From positions 588,642-652,641 of the forward strand of contig CAVZOG010000004.1 of assembly GCA_963776865.1 (NCBI GenBank): DNA of 64,000 nt, in the 5' to 3' direction. How positions within the stretch are numbered: position 1 is the stretch's first letter; each line of letters starts with the position of its first letter. This DNA is from an uncultured Chloroflexia bacterium (GTDB lineage Bacteria; Chloroflexota; Limnocylindria; Limnocylindrales; CSP1-4). Positions 1-10,557 of the stretch are shown in pieces. The notes under the pieces are model-generated. The model ran no database searches, had not been told where the DNA came from, and saw only the letters and a program-made list of their open reading frames with translations. Position numbers and translations under genes: made by a program.

Positions 1-177
1 GTGGCCGCTCGATCCGCAGTGCCACTCGCGGCCATCCTGATGCCGGCGGGCTTCTTCCTGTCGTCGATGGGAGCCGGTCGCACCGCGCCGAATCGCCTGG
101 TCTGGCTGCTCTTCGCGGGCGCCGCCTCGCTTGCAGTCGGAGTCACCGCCCTTGGGCTGGGCCTGCTCCTGTTCTGA
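1..177 (+). CDS. integral membrane protein, C-terminal fragment (gene starts before the window)
   Basis: Frame +1 is open from base 1 to TGA 175-177. The tail NRLVWLLFAGAASLAVGVTALGLGLLLF is a hydrophobic helix. No start codon lies in the window. Confidence 0.35.
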   Translation: MAARSAVPLAAILMPAGFFLSSMGAGRTAPNRLVWLLFAGAASLAVGVTALGLGLLLF

Positions 178-205
178 GCGACTGGGAGACTCCGGGCCTC
201 GCGTC

Positions 206-1540
206 TTACGGGGTGAGGCTCCGGAACGTCAGTGTCCCGAGTCGCAGAGCCGTGATCTTCACGTACTCCACATCGCCCGCAGGCTGCCCGATCTGCGACG
301 CATAGTCTGGGTCGCGGCATTGAAGCGACATTGTGCGGCGTGTGCCGGACGAGGCGATCTGCATCGCCATCGTGCGTCCGTAGTCGGGGTACTCCTCGAT
401 TGACTGGTCGGTGTCGAGGCCGTCACGCAATCGGCACTGAACCGTTGCGCCATCGACAGCCGTGACTTTGGCAGAGGCGATCCACTTGCCCCCCAAGCCG
501 AAATCGCCAAGCGTCACATAGGCAGTTTCCAAGTCGGGAACACTGAGTCGCTGGCCGTGAATGGCGACAGGCTTGCCCTCGCCGCTGGTGGTGGTCGATC
601 CACCGGCCAAGTCGACCCGGGTCAGGGTGCCCAGCTTGATCGCGGTGATACTGATTTGTCCCGCTTCGAATGCGCCGCCGGACCCTCCCTTGCATCTCAC
701 TCGCACGTCGTCGAGCGTCGTGCGCGGTGTGATGGTGGCGGCGATGTTGAAGGTCACCATCGTTGCGTCGCCGGGATCCAGGATGCCATCCACGGCGTCG
801 GTTTGACCGCCCACGGTCACCTGGCACCCGTAGCCGATCGGCGCTCCGAAATTCTCGGTTTCGACCACGGACAAACTGGCTTGAATCCACCACCGGCCGT
901 CCGGCAGCGGCACTGTGGCGACCGATGTGAAATTGTCGGTCTCGACCGAGACGGCTGACTGGGTATGTGCGTGGATCACCTCAGGCTTCGCCGAGCCCGT
1001 CGTCGTCATGATTCCGTGCTCAAGAGAGTACTCGCGAAGCGTTCCGACGCGCATCGCCATGATCCGTATGTTTCGCGCGGTAACGCCGGAATGCTCGGCC
1101 CCGCAGCGCAGCCGGAACTTCCCGGGCTGTTCGGTGAATGTGTGGACTATGTTCAGAGACACGTTGGCAGAACCTGGGGCCTCGTGAAATGCGGCCCCTG
1201 CTCGTGTACGAACCTGCTGGTACGCACCGGGGGAGGTCAGCTCACATTTGATGTCCCGGGCAATTTCCTCGACGTGGGCGTCCATCTTGGCGAATGCGAC
1301 CCAGGTCCCGACGGGGACCGTCAGCGAGGCGATAGTCGCGATGTTGGAACCTCCGGATATCGCGATCGGTCCCGCCCTCTCGCCCGCGTAGACCGAGGGA
1401 CCATTCCAGGGCCCTGGGTTTGGCTCCGCTGAAGCGGCTACGCCCGAGACGAGAAGGAGCGCGACGCTCAGGGCGATTGCACGGGATCGATAGGCGAAAC
1501 GCAGCACGGCCGAGCACCTCCGGCGGACTCCTCGCGGCAT
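206..1540 (-). CDS. secreted three-repeat protein, family not recognised (paralog of 19188-20504)
   Basis: The ORF runs 206-1624. ATG 1540 gives MPRGVRRR..AIALSVALLLVSGVAASA, a signal peptide matching the start of the paralog. There are three ~135-aa internal repeats, each ending in a conserved strand (IRIMAMRVGTL, ISITAIKLGTL, VKITALRLGTL). Confidence 0.7.
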   Translation of the reverse strand: MPRGVRRRCSAVLRFAYRSRAIALSVALLLVSGVAASAEPNPGPWNGPSVYAGERAGPIAISGGSNIATIASLTVPVGTWVAFAKMDAHVEEIARDIKCELTSPGAYQQVRTRAGAAFHEAPGSANVSLNIVHTFTEQPGKFRLRCGAEHSGVTARNIRIMAMRVGTLREYSLEHGIMTTTGSAKPEVIHAHTQSAVSVETDNFTSVATVPLPDGRWWIQASLSVVETENFGAPIGYGCQVTVGGQTDAVDGILDPGDATMVTFNIAATITPRTTLDDVRVRCKGGSGGAFEAGQISITAIKLGTLTRVDLAGGSTTTSGEGKPVAIHGQRLSVPDLETAYVTLGDFGLGGKWIASAKVTAVDGATVQCRLRDGLDTDQSIEEYPDYGRTMAMQIASSGTRRTMSLQCRDPDYASQIGQPAGDVEYVKITALRLGTLTFRSLTP

Positions 1541-1627
1541 ACGGCGCGCCGCGGTTTCGTTCGGCCGATCTTGCGCCCCCGTTCGTACTCCGCGCAAGGC
1601 GTACGAATCGGTGCCCTGATGCACTGA

Positions 1628-1651
1628 GTCCCGGGCTCGGACGCCCGGGAC
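1628..1651 (-). terminator. GC-rich hairpin downstream of the 1683-2462 gene
   Basis: GTCCCGGGC-tcggac-GCCCGGGAC forms a perfect 9-bp stem. It lies about 32 nt past the TAG at 1683-1685. There is no U-tract. Confidence 0.4.
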
Positions 1652-1682
1652 TCCGTTGCGATGCCTTTCCGTTGGTCGCCCG

Positions 1683-2462
1683 CTAGGCGGGCTCGCCCGA
1701 AGCGCGCGGGGGCGGGGGAGTGGCCGGGGTGTCGGTCCGTGGTCGGGTCGGCTCGGTCGCAGCCTTCTCCATCCGGGCCGCCGCGAGGGCCGAGACCTCC
1801 TTGGATCGGGTGTACCAATCCTGCGTCACCTGGGCGGCAACCTCACGGCCGCCGAGGCCGAAGGACAGACCCAGCGCGATCGCCAGCGCGGCGACCACGC
1901 CGATGAACAGGATGTTGACGAGGTCGGTGGCGATACCGACCTGGTTGACCGCGATGAGGACCGCGAAGGCGATCACCGCGATCTCGGCAATGCGTCCGAG
2001 CATCCGCCCGTTGGACATTCCCATCTGTGCCGATCCGCCCTCGATTGCGCGGCGCACGATGCGTCCCACGACGGGCGCTGCGACAAGAATGATCACGGCG
2101 ACGATCAGGTTGGGCAGCCAGGCCAGGAAGTCGTTGATCAGCTGGCTGACCTGCGGCCAGCCGAGGAAGTTGGCGGCCGCGACGATGAAGACCAGCATGA
2201 TGATCCAGTAGACGACCGTGCCGGCGGCAGTGCTGGGCTTGATGGCCGTGGCCGAGCTGCCATAGACGTCTGAGCTTCGCTCGGCGAACGCTCGGTCGGC
2301 GCCGGCGCGATCGACGACGCGGCGCACGATGCCGCTCACGACCTTGGCCACGATGTAGCCGATGAGCAGGATGATCAGCGCGCCGATGATCGCCGGCAGC
2401 GCCGTCACCAAGTCGTTGACGACCTCATTGAAGGCCGCGACGAGGGTGTCGCCCAAGTTCAT
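1683..2462 (-). CDS. membrane protein with conserved TM-helix repeats (MscS-associated TM_helix type)
   Basis: 259-aa ORF. It has repeated units MNLGDTLVAAFNEVVNDLVTALPAIIGALIILLIGYIVAKVV and LINDFLAWLPNLIVAVIILVAAPVVGRIV, and a Pro/Thr-rich tail. The family is assigned from memory of the motif. Confidence 0.6.
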   Translation of the reverse strand: MNLGDTLVAAFNEVVNDLVTALPAIIGALIILLIGYIVAKVVSGIVRRVVDRAGADRAFAERSSDVYGSSATAIKPSTAAGTVVYWIIMLVFIVAAANFLGWPQVSQLINDFLAWLPNLIVAVIILVAAPVVGRIVRRAIEGGSAQMGMSNGRMLGRIAEIAVIAFAVLIAVNQVGIATDLVNILFIGVVAALAIALGLSFGLGGREVAAQVTQDWYTRSKEVSALAAARMEKAATEPTRPRTDTPATPPPPRASGEPA

Positions 2463-2704
2463 TCCGTTCTCCTCTCCACTGGACGTCCACGCAGCGCGAA
2501 CCCGCTAGGCAAGGAGCTCGGTGCGGACGGGCTTGATTTGGTGCCCCAACGCTATGGAGCGGCCGTGCGGCCATACGCGGCCGCCATCACGCGACGTGCC
2601 AATGCCGTTGCAGCAAACGCTCAGCCCTCGAGCCTTGTCGTGAGCTGCGGCGGACTAGATTCATTGCCTTACAGGCCCCACCCGACGGGAAAGGAGGCAA
2701 TCGA

Positions 2705-3277
2705 ATGGTCCGACGACGGCCCTCAGTGGCCGACGAGGTCGGCAAGCTGGACCCGCAATTCAGCAGCCCGGATGCCACCGCATTGCGCTGGGAGACTGCG
2801 CGCGAGATGCTCGAGAACGCGATGACGTACTGGCTGACGACCGTCCGGCCCGACGGCCAACCCAATACCGCAACGATCGCTGGCTACTGGCTCGACGGGG
2901 CCTTCTACTTCACGACCGGCCCTGGCGAGCAGAAGGAACGAAACCTCGCCCACGGCAATCTGCAGGTCACTATCGCCACCGGCACGAATGGCTGGGATGG
3001 ATTGGATGTCGTGCTCGAGGGAAAGGCCTTGCGCGTGACTGACGCCGACCTGCTCGGCCGCATCGCTGAGGTCTTTACTACCAAGTACGACGACTTCTTC
3101 CGGCTGCGACTAGTCGATGGCCGACTCGGCTGGGCAGACACAGCTACCGAGGAGAAGATCGAAAGCCGCAAGGACGCAGCTGATGAGGGCGGGCCGCTCG
3201 CCTTCCAAGTGCGGCCCGAGAAGGCGTTTGCCTTTGGCAAGGGCGACAATTTCAGCCAGACCCGCTGGAGGTTCTGA
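2705..3277 (+). CDS. pyridoxamine 5'-phosphate oxidase-like (split-barrel, possibly F420/FMN-binding) protein
   Basis: AAGGAGG lies 7 nt upstream of the ATG. The core TYWLTTVRPDGQPNTATIAGYWLDGAFYFTTGPGEQKERNL is the PNPOx-like signature. Confidence 0.7.
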   Translation: MVRRRPSVADEVGKLDPQFSSPDATALRWETAREMLENAMTYWLTTVRPDGQPNTATIAGYWLDGAFYFTTGPGEQKERNLAHGNLQVTIATGTNGWDGLDVVLEGKALRVTDADLLGRIAEVFTTKYDDFFRLRLVDGRLGWADTATEEKIESRKDAADEGGPLAFQVRPEKAFAFGKGDNFSQTRWRF

Positions 3278-3299
3278 CTGAAGTCGGTCGATCCCCGTG

Positions 3300-3815
3300 C
3301 TATCGGGCTGTGCCGAACACCGATAGCAACAGCGTCGCGACGCTGAGAAAGCCCGTGCCAAACGCCAGCAGGATCGACAAGGTGAGGTCCTCGCGACTCG
3401 GCGACAGCCCTCCAAGCAGCCACGGCAGCACGACGATTGCGACCACGGCGACCGTACTTATCAGCTCATTGATCAGGTACAGGCGAGAACGAGTCGCGCT
3501 CGTAACGCGCCGTATCCGGCGGACGGTGCCGATGTTTGTCACGACCAGCAACACCGACAGCACGGCGAACAAGCCGGTCGCCCACGGCGGCTCGAGGGCA
3601 ACGAGCGCGAGAGGAACGAGCAGCGGGACGGCGAACAGGACGAGGACGATCGTTGTTCCCGCACGGACATAGGGCTCGACTACCGCGCGGACCCGCCCGT
3701 GTAGCTGTCGGAAACCACTGTCAGCGTAGAAAAAGACACCAACCACGAACAGCCCGACAAGCGTTGCCGAGATCTCGCTGATGCTGAGCAGGAAGGTGTC
3801 GCTAATCGGCCGCAT
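3300..3815 (-). CDS. polytopic membrane protein, unknown family
   Basis: 171-aa ORF with about five hydrophobic helices and G/C-rich third codon positions. No motif recognised. Confidence 0.5.
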   Translation of the reverse strand: MRPISDTFLLSISEISATLVGLFVVGVFFYADSGFRQLHGRVRAVVEPYVRAGTTIVLVLFAVPLLVPLALVALEPPWATGLFAVLSVLLVVTNIGTVRRIRRVTSATRSRLYLINELISTVAVVAIVVLPWLLGGLSPSREDLTLSILLAFGTGFLSVATLLLSVFGTAR

Positions 3816-4124
3816 TGGTCCGTATTCTCACCTCCACGCACGGTCCCGAACTGCCAATTCCTGCGAGCATGCCGCTAGGGCGGCGGAATCGGCGGGTGTA
3901 GGCTCGTCTCGCTAACTTCCCGCCGACCGGAGGCCAAATGCCGCGGCTGCGAGCGATGGTCGCGTTCTTCGGGGGATTCCTGATTGCGCTGCTGGTCGGA
4001 CTGGTTCCACCCGAGGTAATCGGGTGGCTGCGCGACTGGGGTACCCGCCCAGATTCCGAGGCGGACTCCCCGAGGCCCGCTCGACGGCGACGTCGAAGCC
4101 GCCGCAAGTGACGGTACGCGCCGA

Positions 4125-4781
4125 TTGAGTGACCCGAATCGCAGCTGGAGCGGCCGACTTACGAGACTCGTGGCGGGAGCGCTCGGAGGAGAACCCAACT
4201 CGTTGTCTCATCGGTCCAATCAGCCATTGCTCTTCGTCCAGGGCGCCGGCGACATGTGGGCGCCGGACGGTAGCGGCGTGCTCGTCAGGTATCTCGAGAA
4301 AGCGCTTGGCCCCGACTTCGACGTCAAGGCGCCGGAGATGCCCGACGCCGAAACGGATCCGCACTATCTCCCGTGGCGCGACCGGATCGACGCGGAGCTC
4401 CGTGCGATGGATGGGGCTGCCGTCCTGGTCGGCCATTCGTTCGGCGGCTCGGTGCTGTTGAAGTACCTCGCCGAGGGCTCTCCACCACGACCGATCAGCG
4501 GACTCTTCCTGCTATCGACGCCTTGGTGGGGTCCCGAGGGATGGGCATACGACGAATACGCAGTGTCGGACGACTTCGCATCCAGATTGCCGGATATCCC
4601 GACTTTTCTCTACCACAGCCGCGAAGACCCAGAGGTGCCGTTCACCCACCTGGCGCTCTACGAAGAGCGGCTCCCGACCGCGACGTCACGCCCCATCGAC
4701 GGCTCGAACCATTCCTTCACAGATGGACTGCCCGAACTGGTCGCCGACATTCGACAGGTGGTATCAGCCGACGTTCCCTAG
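4125..4781 (+). CDS. small alpha/beta serine hydrolase (YdeN/RBBP9-like)
   Basis: Nucleophile elbow VLVGHSFGG, with a late Asp (SREDPEV) and His (DGSNHSF). The true start may be downstream of 4125. Confidence 0.65.
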   Translation: MSDPNRSWSGRLTRLVAGALGGEPNSLSHRSNQPLLFVQGAGDMWAPDGSGVLVRYLEKALGPDFDVKAPEMPDAETDPHYLPWRDRIDAELRAMDGAAVLVGHSFGGSVLLKYLAEGSPPRPISGLFLLSTPWWGPEGWAYDEYAVSDDFASRLPDIPTFLYHSREDPEVPFTHLALYEERLPTATSRPIDGSNHSFTDGLPELVADIRQVVSADVP

Positions 4782-4799
4782 ACCGCCGCATGCCGAACG

Positions 4800-5912
4800 T
4801 CAGCGCTCGTACGACCCGATATCGGGAACAAAGTTCTGCGGCCTGAGCACACCCCGTTGATCGGTCGGCGGGAAGATGTCGCCGCCGGCATCGATCGCAG
4901 GACTGCTCGCCAGTAGTCGGTGCGTCTTGGTCGGGCCACCATAGAAGCCAAGCGTGTCGAGGCGCGGCTTGGCGTGCACGTCTGAGGTCAGGTCCATCTC
5001 GCATGTGTCGCCGTTCTCGAGGTTGTGGCCCTGTGAGATGACCGGCCCGCTGCAGTTGCGCCCGCCGGCGAATTCAGCCGTGTTCTTGGCGATGATCGAA
5101 CCCTGGACCGTCACGTCGCCCGAGTTGAGGTAGATGCCTCCCCCGAAATTCGTCCCGATGTTGAAGACGATGGTGCTGTACTCGATGGTGGTCGAGCCCT
5201 GATGGTTCATCAGGCCGCCGCCGTGCTTGGTCTTGTTGCCGCTGATGGTGCTGTTGATGATCGTCAGCGTGCCGACGTTCTGAATACCGCCACCCTGGCC
5301 TTTGGGCGCTTTGTTCCCGCTGATCGTGCTGCGGTCGATGATCATCGTCGTCTCGAACGGGAAGCCGTTCTCGATTCCGCCGCCCTGGTTGGCTCGGTTG
5401 CCACGGACGGTGCTCTTGAGCAGGTGGAATGTGGCAGTGGGCTGGAGATGCGCGATTCCTCCACCGGGCTCATTGGGACTGACGCCGCCCGTGATCGTGA
5501 CGTTTTCGATCCACACGTGAAATTGTGTCGAGGTGCCGGTGTACGGCACGTGGAACACCCGGTCGATCCCGTCGCCATCAATGATCGTCCTGCGCGCGCC
5601 GGCGCCGTGAATGTCCACGCCGCCCAGGATGTCGAGGTCGCCGGTAGCTGAGGCCTGTTCGCCACGGCCGGAGATCGTCAGGACGTAGCGACCCGCGGGC
5701 ACCTCGATGGTGTTGAAGTCGGTGGACGCGTTCGAGGCGATGATCGCCTCGCGCAACGAGCAGTCCTGGGCCGTGCACGACCCATCGGCCGTGTCGGCCG
5801 TCTTGGTCACATTGAAGGACGGTGTTCCGCCCGCCATCGCTGCCGCTGGCATCAATACAGCCAAGAGGCCTACAACGACCACCGCCAGCGCGAGGCGTCG
5901 ACGACTGCTCAT
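4800..5912 (-). CDS. secreted CSLREA-motif / right-handed parallel beta-helix repeat protein
   Basis: The ORF runs 4800-5993. ATG 5912 gives the signal peptide MSSRRRLALAVVVVGLLAVLMPAAAMA. DGSCTAQDCSLREAI follows, then Gly/Asn-rich ~22-aa repeats (GGGIxNxGxLxIxxSTISGN). Confidence 0.7.
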   Translation of the reverse strand: MSSRRRLALAVVVVGLLAVLMPAAAMAGGTPSFNVTKTADTADGSCTAQDCSLREAIIASNASTDFNTIEVPAGRYVLTISGRGEQASATGDLDILGGVDIHGAGARRTIIDGDGIDRVFHVPYTGTSTQFHVWIENVTITGGVSPNEPGGGIAHLQPTATFHLLKSTVRGNRANQGGGIENGFPFETTMIIDRSTISGNKAPKGQGGGIQNVGTLTIINSTISGNKTKHGGGLMNHQGSTTIEYSTIVFNIGTNFGGGIYLNSGDVTVQGSIIAKNTAEFAGGRNCSGPVISQGHNLENGDTCEMDLTSDVHAKPRLDTLGFYGGPTKTHRLLASSPAIDAGGDIFPPTDQRGVLRPQNFVPDIGSYER

Positions 5913-6042
5913 CCCGCAATTCATCCCGGCACCACCCCTTACACGCACGGCCGAGTCACGGCGCCGGCCGGTGGCGAGACAGTACTCCTTCAACCGCGGG
6001 ACCCTTCCGCGGAGAGGCCCTTGAGCATTGCGTTTCGCTCGG

Positions 6043-6507
6043 TCAGAACGGCTTCAGGACCATGTCAGCGATGATCGCCACCACCAAGGCGACGTCTACG
6101 ACGTACCAGAGGAGTACGCGACTCGAGCCCATCTCGCTGGCGAGCTCATCCGTCGGGCCGCCGGTGTCCGCTGTATCTGCAGCTGCCTGGCCGAAGCGCA
6201 GCGCTGGGCGCAGGAACAAGGTGCTGGTAACTAGGAACATCGCGACCAGCACGTAGGCTGCGATCAGCCAACCGTCAAGGAAATCAAAGCCGCCGGTTGC
6301 AGCCGTCAGCAGACCGAAGCCGATGCCTGACACGAGGGCAGCGATCGCGATCGGACCGGCACGAAGCCGTTTTTCGAGCCGATAGATCGCCGCGAGGGCA
6401 CGAACGTCGCGTCGGGAGATGGCGGCGGCAAAGAGGGTCTCCAAGCCGATCTCGATCGTCACCATGACGAACATCGACAGGATGTGCAGGAACTTGAAGA
6501 TCAGCAT
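6043..6507 (-). CDS. integral membrane protein (DUF2269-like)
   Basis: 154-aa ORF with four helices. The start MLIFKFLHILSMFVMVTIEIG is typical of that family as I remember it. Confidence 0.5.
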   Translation of the reverse strand: MLIFKFLHILSMFVMVTIEIGLETLFAAAISRRDVRALAAIYRLEKRLRAGPIAIAALVSGIGFGLLTAATGGFDFLDGWLIAAYVLVAMFLVTSTLFLRPALRFGQAAADTADTGGPTDELASEMGSSRVLLWYVVDVALVVAIIADMVLKPF

Positions 6508-6727
6508 CGAATGCTCCTATCCGTCCTGCTCCCAAACCGGCATTCTCATTTCGCTGGTGTGAGCTCCCCCTTAGCCTACGCTCGGCCGTCCACCTTTCCT
6601 CGTGAGTCGTTTCCAATCCTGTGACTCGACGCCGCTGATTTCTTGTAGGCAGCACGTCACCTCGCGAACGACGATTTCGCAGTCGACGCCATCGCTTGCG
6701 TGATGACGCGGGGCGTACGCTGATCGC

Positions 6728-9630
6728 ATGAGGCCAGCCGTGGCCCGTGCTCCGTTGATCGGGCGTAGCCGGGAAATGGCGATCCTGCAGTCCGCGCTGC
6801 GCCAGGCACGCGGCGGGCGCGGTAGTGCCGTCATGCTGGAAGGTGAGCCGGGCATCGGGAAGACGCGGCTGGCGCGCGAGCTCGCCGAGTCGGCCGATAC
6901 CGACTTCCTCGTCGTGCAGGCATCGCCCTATGACACCGAATGGACGCCACCGTTCGCGCTCTGGTCGCAAGCCCTTCGCCAGCTCGGTGACCGCCCGATC
7001 GACGATCTTCCCGGCGCGCAACGGGCTGTTCTTCTGGAGGTGATGCCCGACTTGGGGGATCCCGATGCCTCTGAGGCACCGCCCAGGCTGCCCGAGGAGA
7101 GGGTCAATTCCGGGCGATCGACGCTGTCGCGCGAGTGCTGCTCGATTCGGCCGAGCGACAGCCATTGCTGGCGGTTCTCGATGACCTCCAATGGGCGGAT
7201 CCGCAATCGCTCGATGTGGTCGCGTATGTCGCACGGTTTCTACCGACTGCTCGACTGGTTCTCGTCGCGGCGTATCGGAGTGGGAGCATCGGCCTCGATC
7301 ACCCACTCGCGCGGTCGCTCGCCGAGCTCGACCGACACGGGGCTGGCACCCACATCGCGCTCGGACCCCTGCCCGACGACGCCGCGCGCGAGCTCGTAGA
7401 CGCGCTTGCCACGGACGTTGAACCCGGCCTCGCCCAAGAGATCGTTCTCGAGGCGCGTGGTCACCCGTTCTTCATCACCGAGGTCGTGCGACATCTCGGC
7501 GAAGTCGCCGCTCCCAATGCTCCCGGGACTGGCCTGCCCGTGCCGCAGAGCGTCCGTAACGCCGTCGCCCGCCGGCTTGCCCACCTGTCACCGAATACCA
7601 GGCGTGTGCTCGCAGTGGCCGCGGCCTTCACCGGGCCGTTCGACTTTTCTGTTCTGGCGGCGATGGTGGATCTCGACGAGGACAAGCTGTTGGCCGCGAT
7701 CGATGAGGCGCTCCAGGCCCAGATCCTGAGTAGCGCAGGGGAGGACCAGTACGAGTTCTCTCACGCCTTGATCCGCCGCGCTCTTTACGACGAGATGAGC
7801 CCGAGCCGACGCGCCCGCCTCCACCGACGCATCGCCCAGGCGCTGGAGCAGGTGTTCGCAGGACACGAGCTTGAGCATGCCGGCGAGCTCGCCGCTCAAT
7901 ACCGGGCCTCGATTTCGTTGCCCGGTGCCGCGCATGGCGTCCGCTACGCAATGGCCGCCGCCGAGACTGCGCGCGCCACGCACGCGTGGGAGCAGGCAGT
8001 CGGGTCACTAAAGGTTGCCAGCGAGCTTGCCGTTGATGCCGGGATCCAGGTCCAATGTGACGTTGCCTGCCGTCTGGCCGTTGCCGAGGCAGAGGCGCTT
8101 CAGCTTGATGAGGCAGCGCGCTCGGCGGATAAAGCGCTCGAGCTGCTCGACGCGGCCGGTGCGAGCGGGGTGCGCGTTGCCGAATTTGTTGCTGCGGTCG
8201 CCCGACCCCTTCAGCGGGCCAGCACTACGGCCTGGTCACTCTATGCGGGCAGCGGACACGGCGAGGTTATCGACGGCCTGCTCGCGCGCGGGCTGAACGC
8301 CTTGGGCGACCAGCGTGACATCCATTGGGCGCGCCTCAAGCTACTGGAGCGTCGAATGGAACCCGACGATGCAGGCCCGATCAACAGCGGTCGATGGCTC
8401 ACGTTCGACCCATTGGCAGTGGCGATTGCCAGGGCTGATGGCGATGAAGACGACTACAGCTCGACCTTGGCCTCGGAAGACCCGCACTCGCTCGATGAGA
8501 CGCGGCAAATCCTGAAGCTCGCCGACACCTGGACGTCACCAAGCGCAACGACGAGCGCGCACAGTATGGTGTTGGAGACCCTGGTTTACCAACACGGTGC
8601 GCTGCGAGAGGCACTCGACGTGGCCACCAAATGCTGGCCTTCAGCGAAAAGGTCGGGTCTTTGCTCGGGCAGGCCAGAGCGCTCAGTTCACTCGCCTACA
8701 ACCGGGCGCGGCTCGGCCAGTTCGACGCGGCCGTCAAGGACGCCCGACGTTCCGATGAACTGCTCTCCCGACTGACAATCGGGGCGGCCCAGGCAAACCC
8801 CGACGTAAATACGGAGGCTCGTGCCCTTCGTGTGCAGCACGCCGACTGGCCAGTCCTGGCGCGGTTCTATCGCGATTCAGCGTTGGATCAACGGGGATCG
8901 CCATCGCAGTCGGCCCTGCTAGAGGCCGCGGTGGCGGCGGAAGCGTTCGTCCTCGCAGGCGAGCCTGAAGAAGCGATCCCGCTTCTCGGATGGGCGCTGC
9001 CGGCGATCATAGCCTCGGAGCCGACGCGCCAACTTCAAAACGGCGCCGTTGCCTTCTCCGGCGGCGCGATCTGGGCACTGGGCAAGCACGACATGGCACC
9101 AGCGGTGCGGGATGCCGCGTGGAAGGTCATTGAAGCGGGCGTCGGAGATTGCTGGCATTCGTCGAACGAGCTAACTGTGGCGCGAATGTCGTCAGTGCTG
9201 GGCGATCTGGCCGTCGCCGAGGACTGGTTCGATCGCGCCCGCGCATGCGCTCGACGCCTCCGGCCAGCGGCCGCTCCGTGCCATCGTGGATCTGGACGAG
9301 GCGAGGCATCGACTGCGGCACTCCCTGCCGGGGGCGCCGCACCTGCTCGCAACGGCACGGCAGCAGTTCGTCGGCCTCGAGATGTCCGAATGGGTGGCAC
9401 GCACCGACGCCCTGATCGCGGAATCGGGAAAATCCTATCCGGCGCACCTGACCGCTCGGGAAGTGGAGGTGCTGCGCCTGGTCGCGGCGGGACTGACGAA
9501 CGCGGAGATTGCGGCCGACTTCGTGATCAGCTCTCACACCGTGGAACGCCACCTCGCGAATGCCTATCGAAAGATAGGCGCCCGAAACCGAGCCGAGGCT
9601 GCCGCGTACGTCCTGCAGGCGGGGCTGTAG
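6728..9630 (+). pseudogene. large LuxR-family ATP-binding regulator (LAL/MalT-like), frame interrupted as assembled
   Basis: Walker A GEPGIGKTRLA is in 6728-7399. LLAVLDDLQWADPQSL and the helical body are in 7135-8775 in another frame. More TPR-like helices are in 8631-~9290 in a third frame. The LuxR HTH LTAREVEVLRLVAAGLTNAEIAADFVISSHTVERHL runs in 9286-9630 to the TAG. There are at least 3 frame changes. Confidence 0.8.
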
Positions 9631-9720
9631 CGGACGACGGGCGAACTACATAGTCCCGTCGGCGCGAAATACATGGTTTCCGGGATGATGCCCGCCCGCT
9701 CGCTCCTAGCGTCGTGTGCG

Positions 9721-10059
9721 ATGCATGGACTACTCATCGAGTACGAGCTGAATGGGACGACGGCAGTTGAGCACGCCGAGCTTTCCACTGCGCTGACACC
9801 AGCCCTGGCGGCGGTGCGTGGCCTCGTCTCGCTCACCTGGCTGAGCAACGAGACCACCGGCTGCTACGGCGCCTTCTACGTCTTCGAGCAGAAGCCTGCC
9901 TTCGACGCATTCGTGGCCGGTGAGCTGTACGAGGCGCTCCGCAGCCGGAATCCATTCGCGGGCTTGTGGCTCATGACTTTTCGGTCCAGCAGGTTCTGGG
10001 GCACCCACGGCGGCGCAAATTGCGACGCCATGACCCCCGCATCGCGAAAGGAGAGGTGA
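9721..10059 (+). CDS. YdhR-like small dimeric alpha/beta-barrel (putative monooxygenase) protein
   Basis: ATG 9721. MHGLLIEYELNG..LVSLTWLSNETTGCYGAFYVFEQKPAFDAFV follows the YdhR pattern. The C-terminus (after about 9965) may be frameshifted, since the alternative frame reads AGLVAHDFSVQQVLG. Confidence 0.5.
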   Translation: MHGLLIEYELNGTTAVEHAELSTALTPALAAVRGLVSLTWLSNETTGCYGAFYVFEQKPAFDAFVAGELYEALRSRNPFAGLWLMTFRSSRFWGTHGGANCDAMTPASRKER

Positions 10060-10060
10060 G

Positions 10061-10512
10061 ATGGACCGCCCAGGACTCAGGTTTCGAAATCAGATTGGCC
10101 CGATAGCACTCGCTGTGCTCGCGACACTCATGGCCTTTCCGGCCACGGGCCTCGCAACCGCTCCCGGGCCGCCCGACGTTGAGGTCGTGCCACCGGTGGT
10201 GATCCACACCGAGCGCGGCGACGAGCCGGTGACGTTCGTGCCCGGCCAGATCACCTTCACCTTCACCGACGGCAGCACGAGCGAGTGCGTCATCGACCCG
10301 CCGTGCCGCCCAGCCCGTGCAGCGAGCTGATGACCACCCCCGGTCCGCCGGACGTCGACATCACGCCGCCCAGCCCGATCCTCGGCGAGGACGGTGGCCT
10401 GGTCGGCTTCGAACCGGGCCTGATCCTGATCACGTTCGACGACGGCAGCCAGCGCTCGTGCGTCATCGATCCGGCCCTGCCGCCGAACCCGTGCACCGAG
10501 GGCGTGCGCTGA
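10061..10512 (+). pseudogene. small secreted protein with two tandem ~50-aa Cys-containing repeats, one frameshift
   Basis: Signal peptide MDRPGLRFRNQIGPIALAVLATLMAFPATGLA. Repeat 1 is PGPPDVEVVPP..TFTDGSTSECVIDPPCRP and repeat 2 is PGPPDVDITPP..TFDDGSQRSCVIDPALPPNPC. The frame changes near 10305 (ORFs 10061-10330 and 10285-10512). Confidence 0.5.
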
Positions 10513-10557
10513 TCGGCCACGAACTATCGAAGCCACCAAGCCGTGACGCGAGAGGAG

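Noticed and set aside
6284-7306. 340-aa minus-strand ORF overlapping the LuxR/LAL gene
   Set aside because: Its composition is Arg/Pro/Gly-rich and low in complexity. It is antisense to a gene with clear Walker A/B homology. Long antisense ORFs are expected in DNA this GC-rich.
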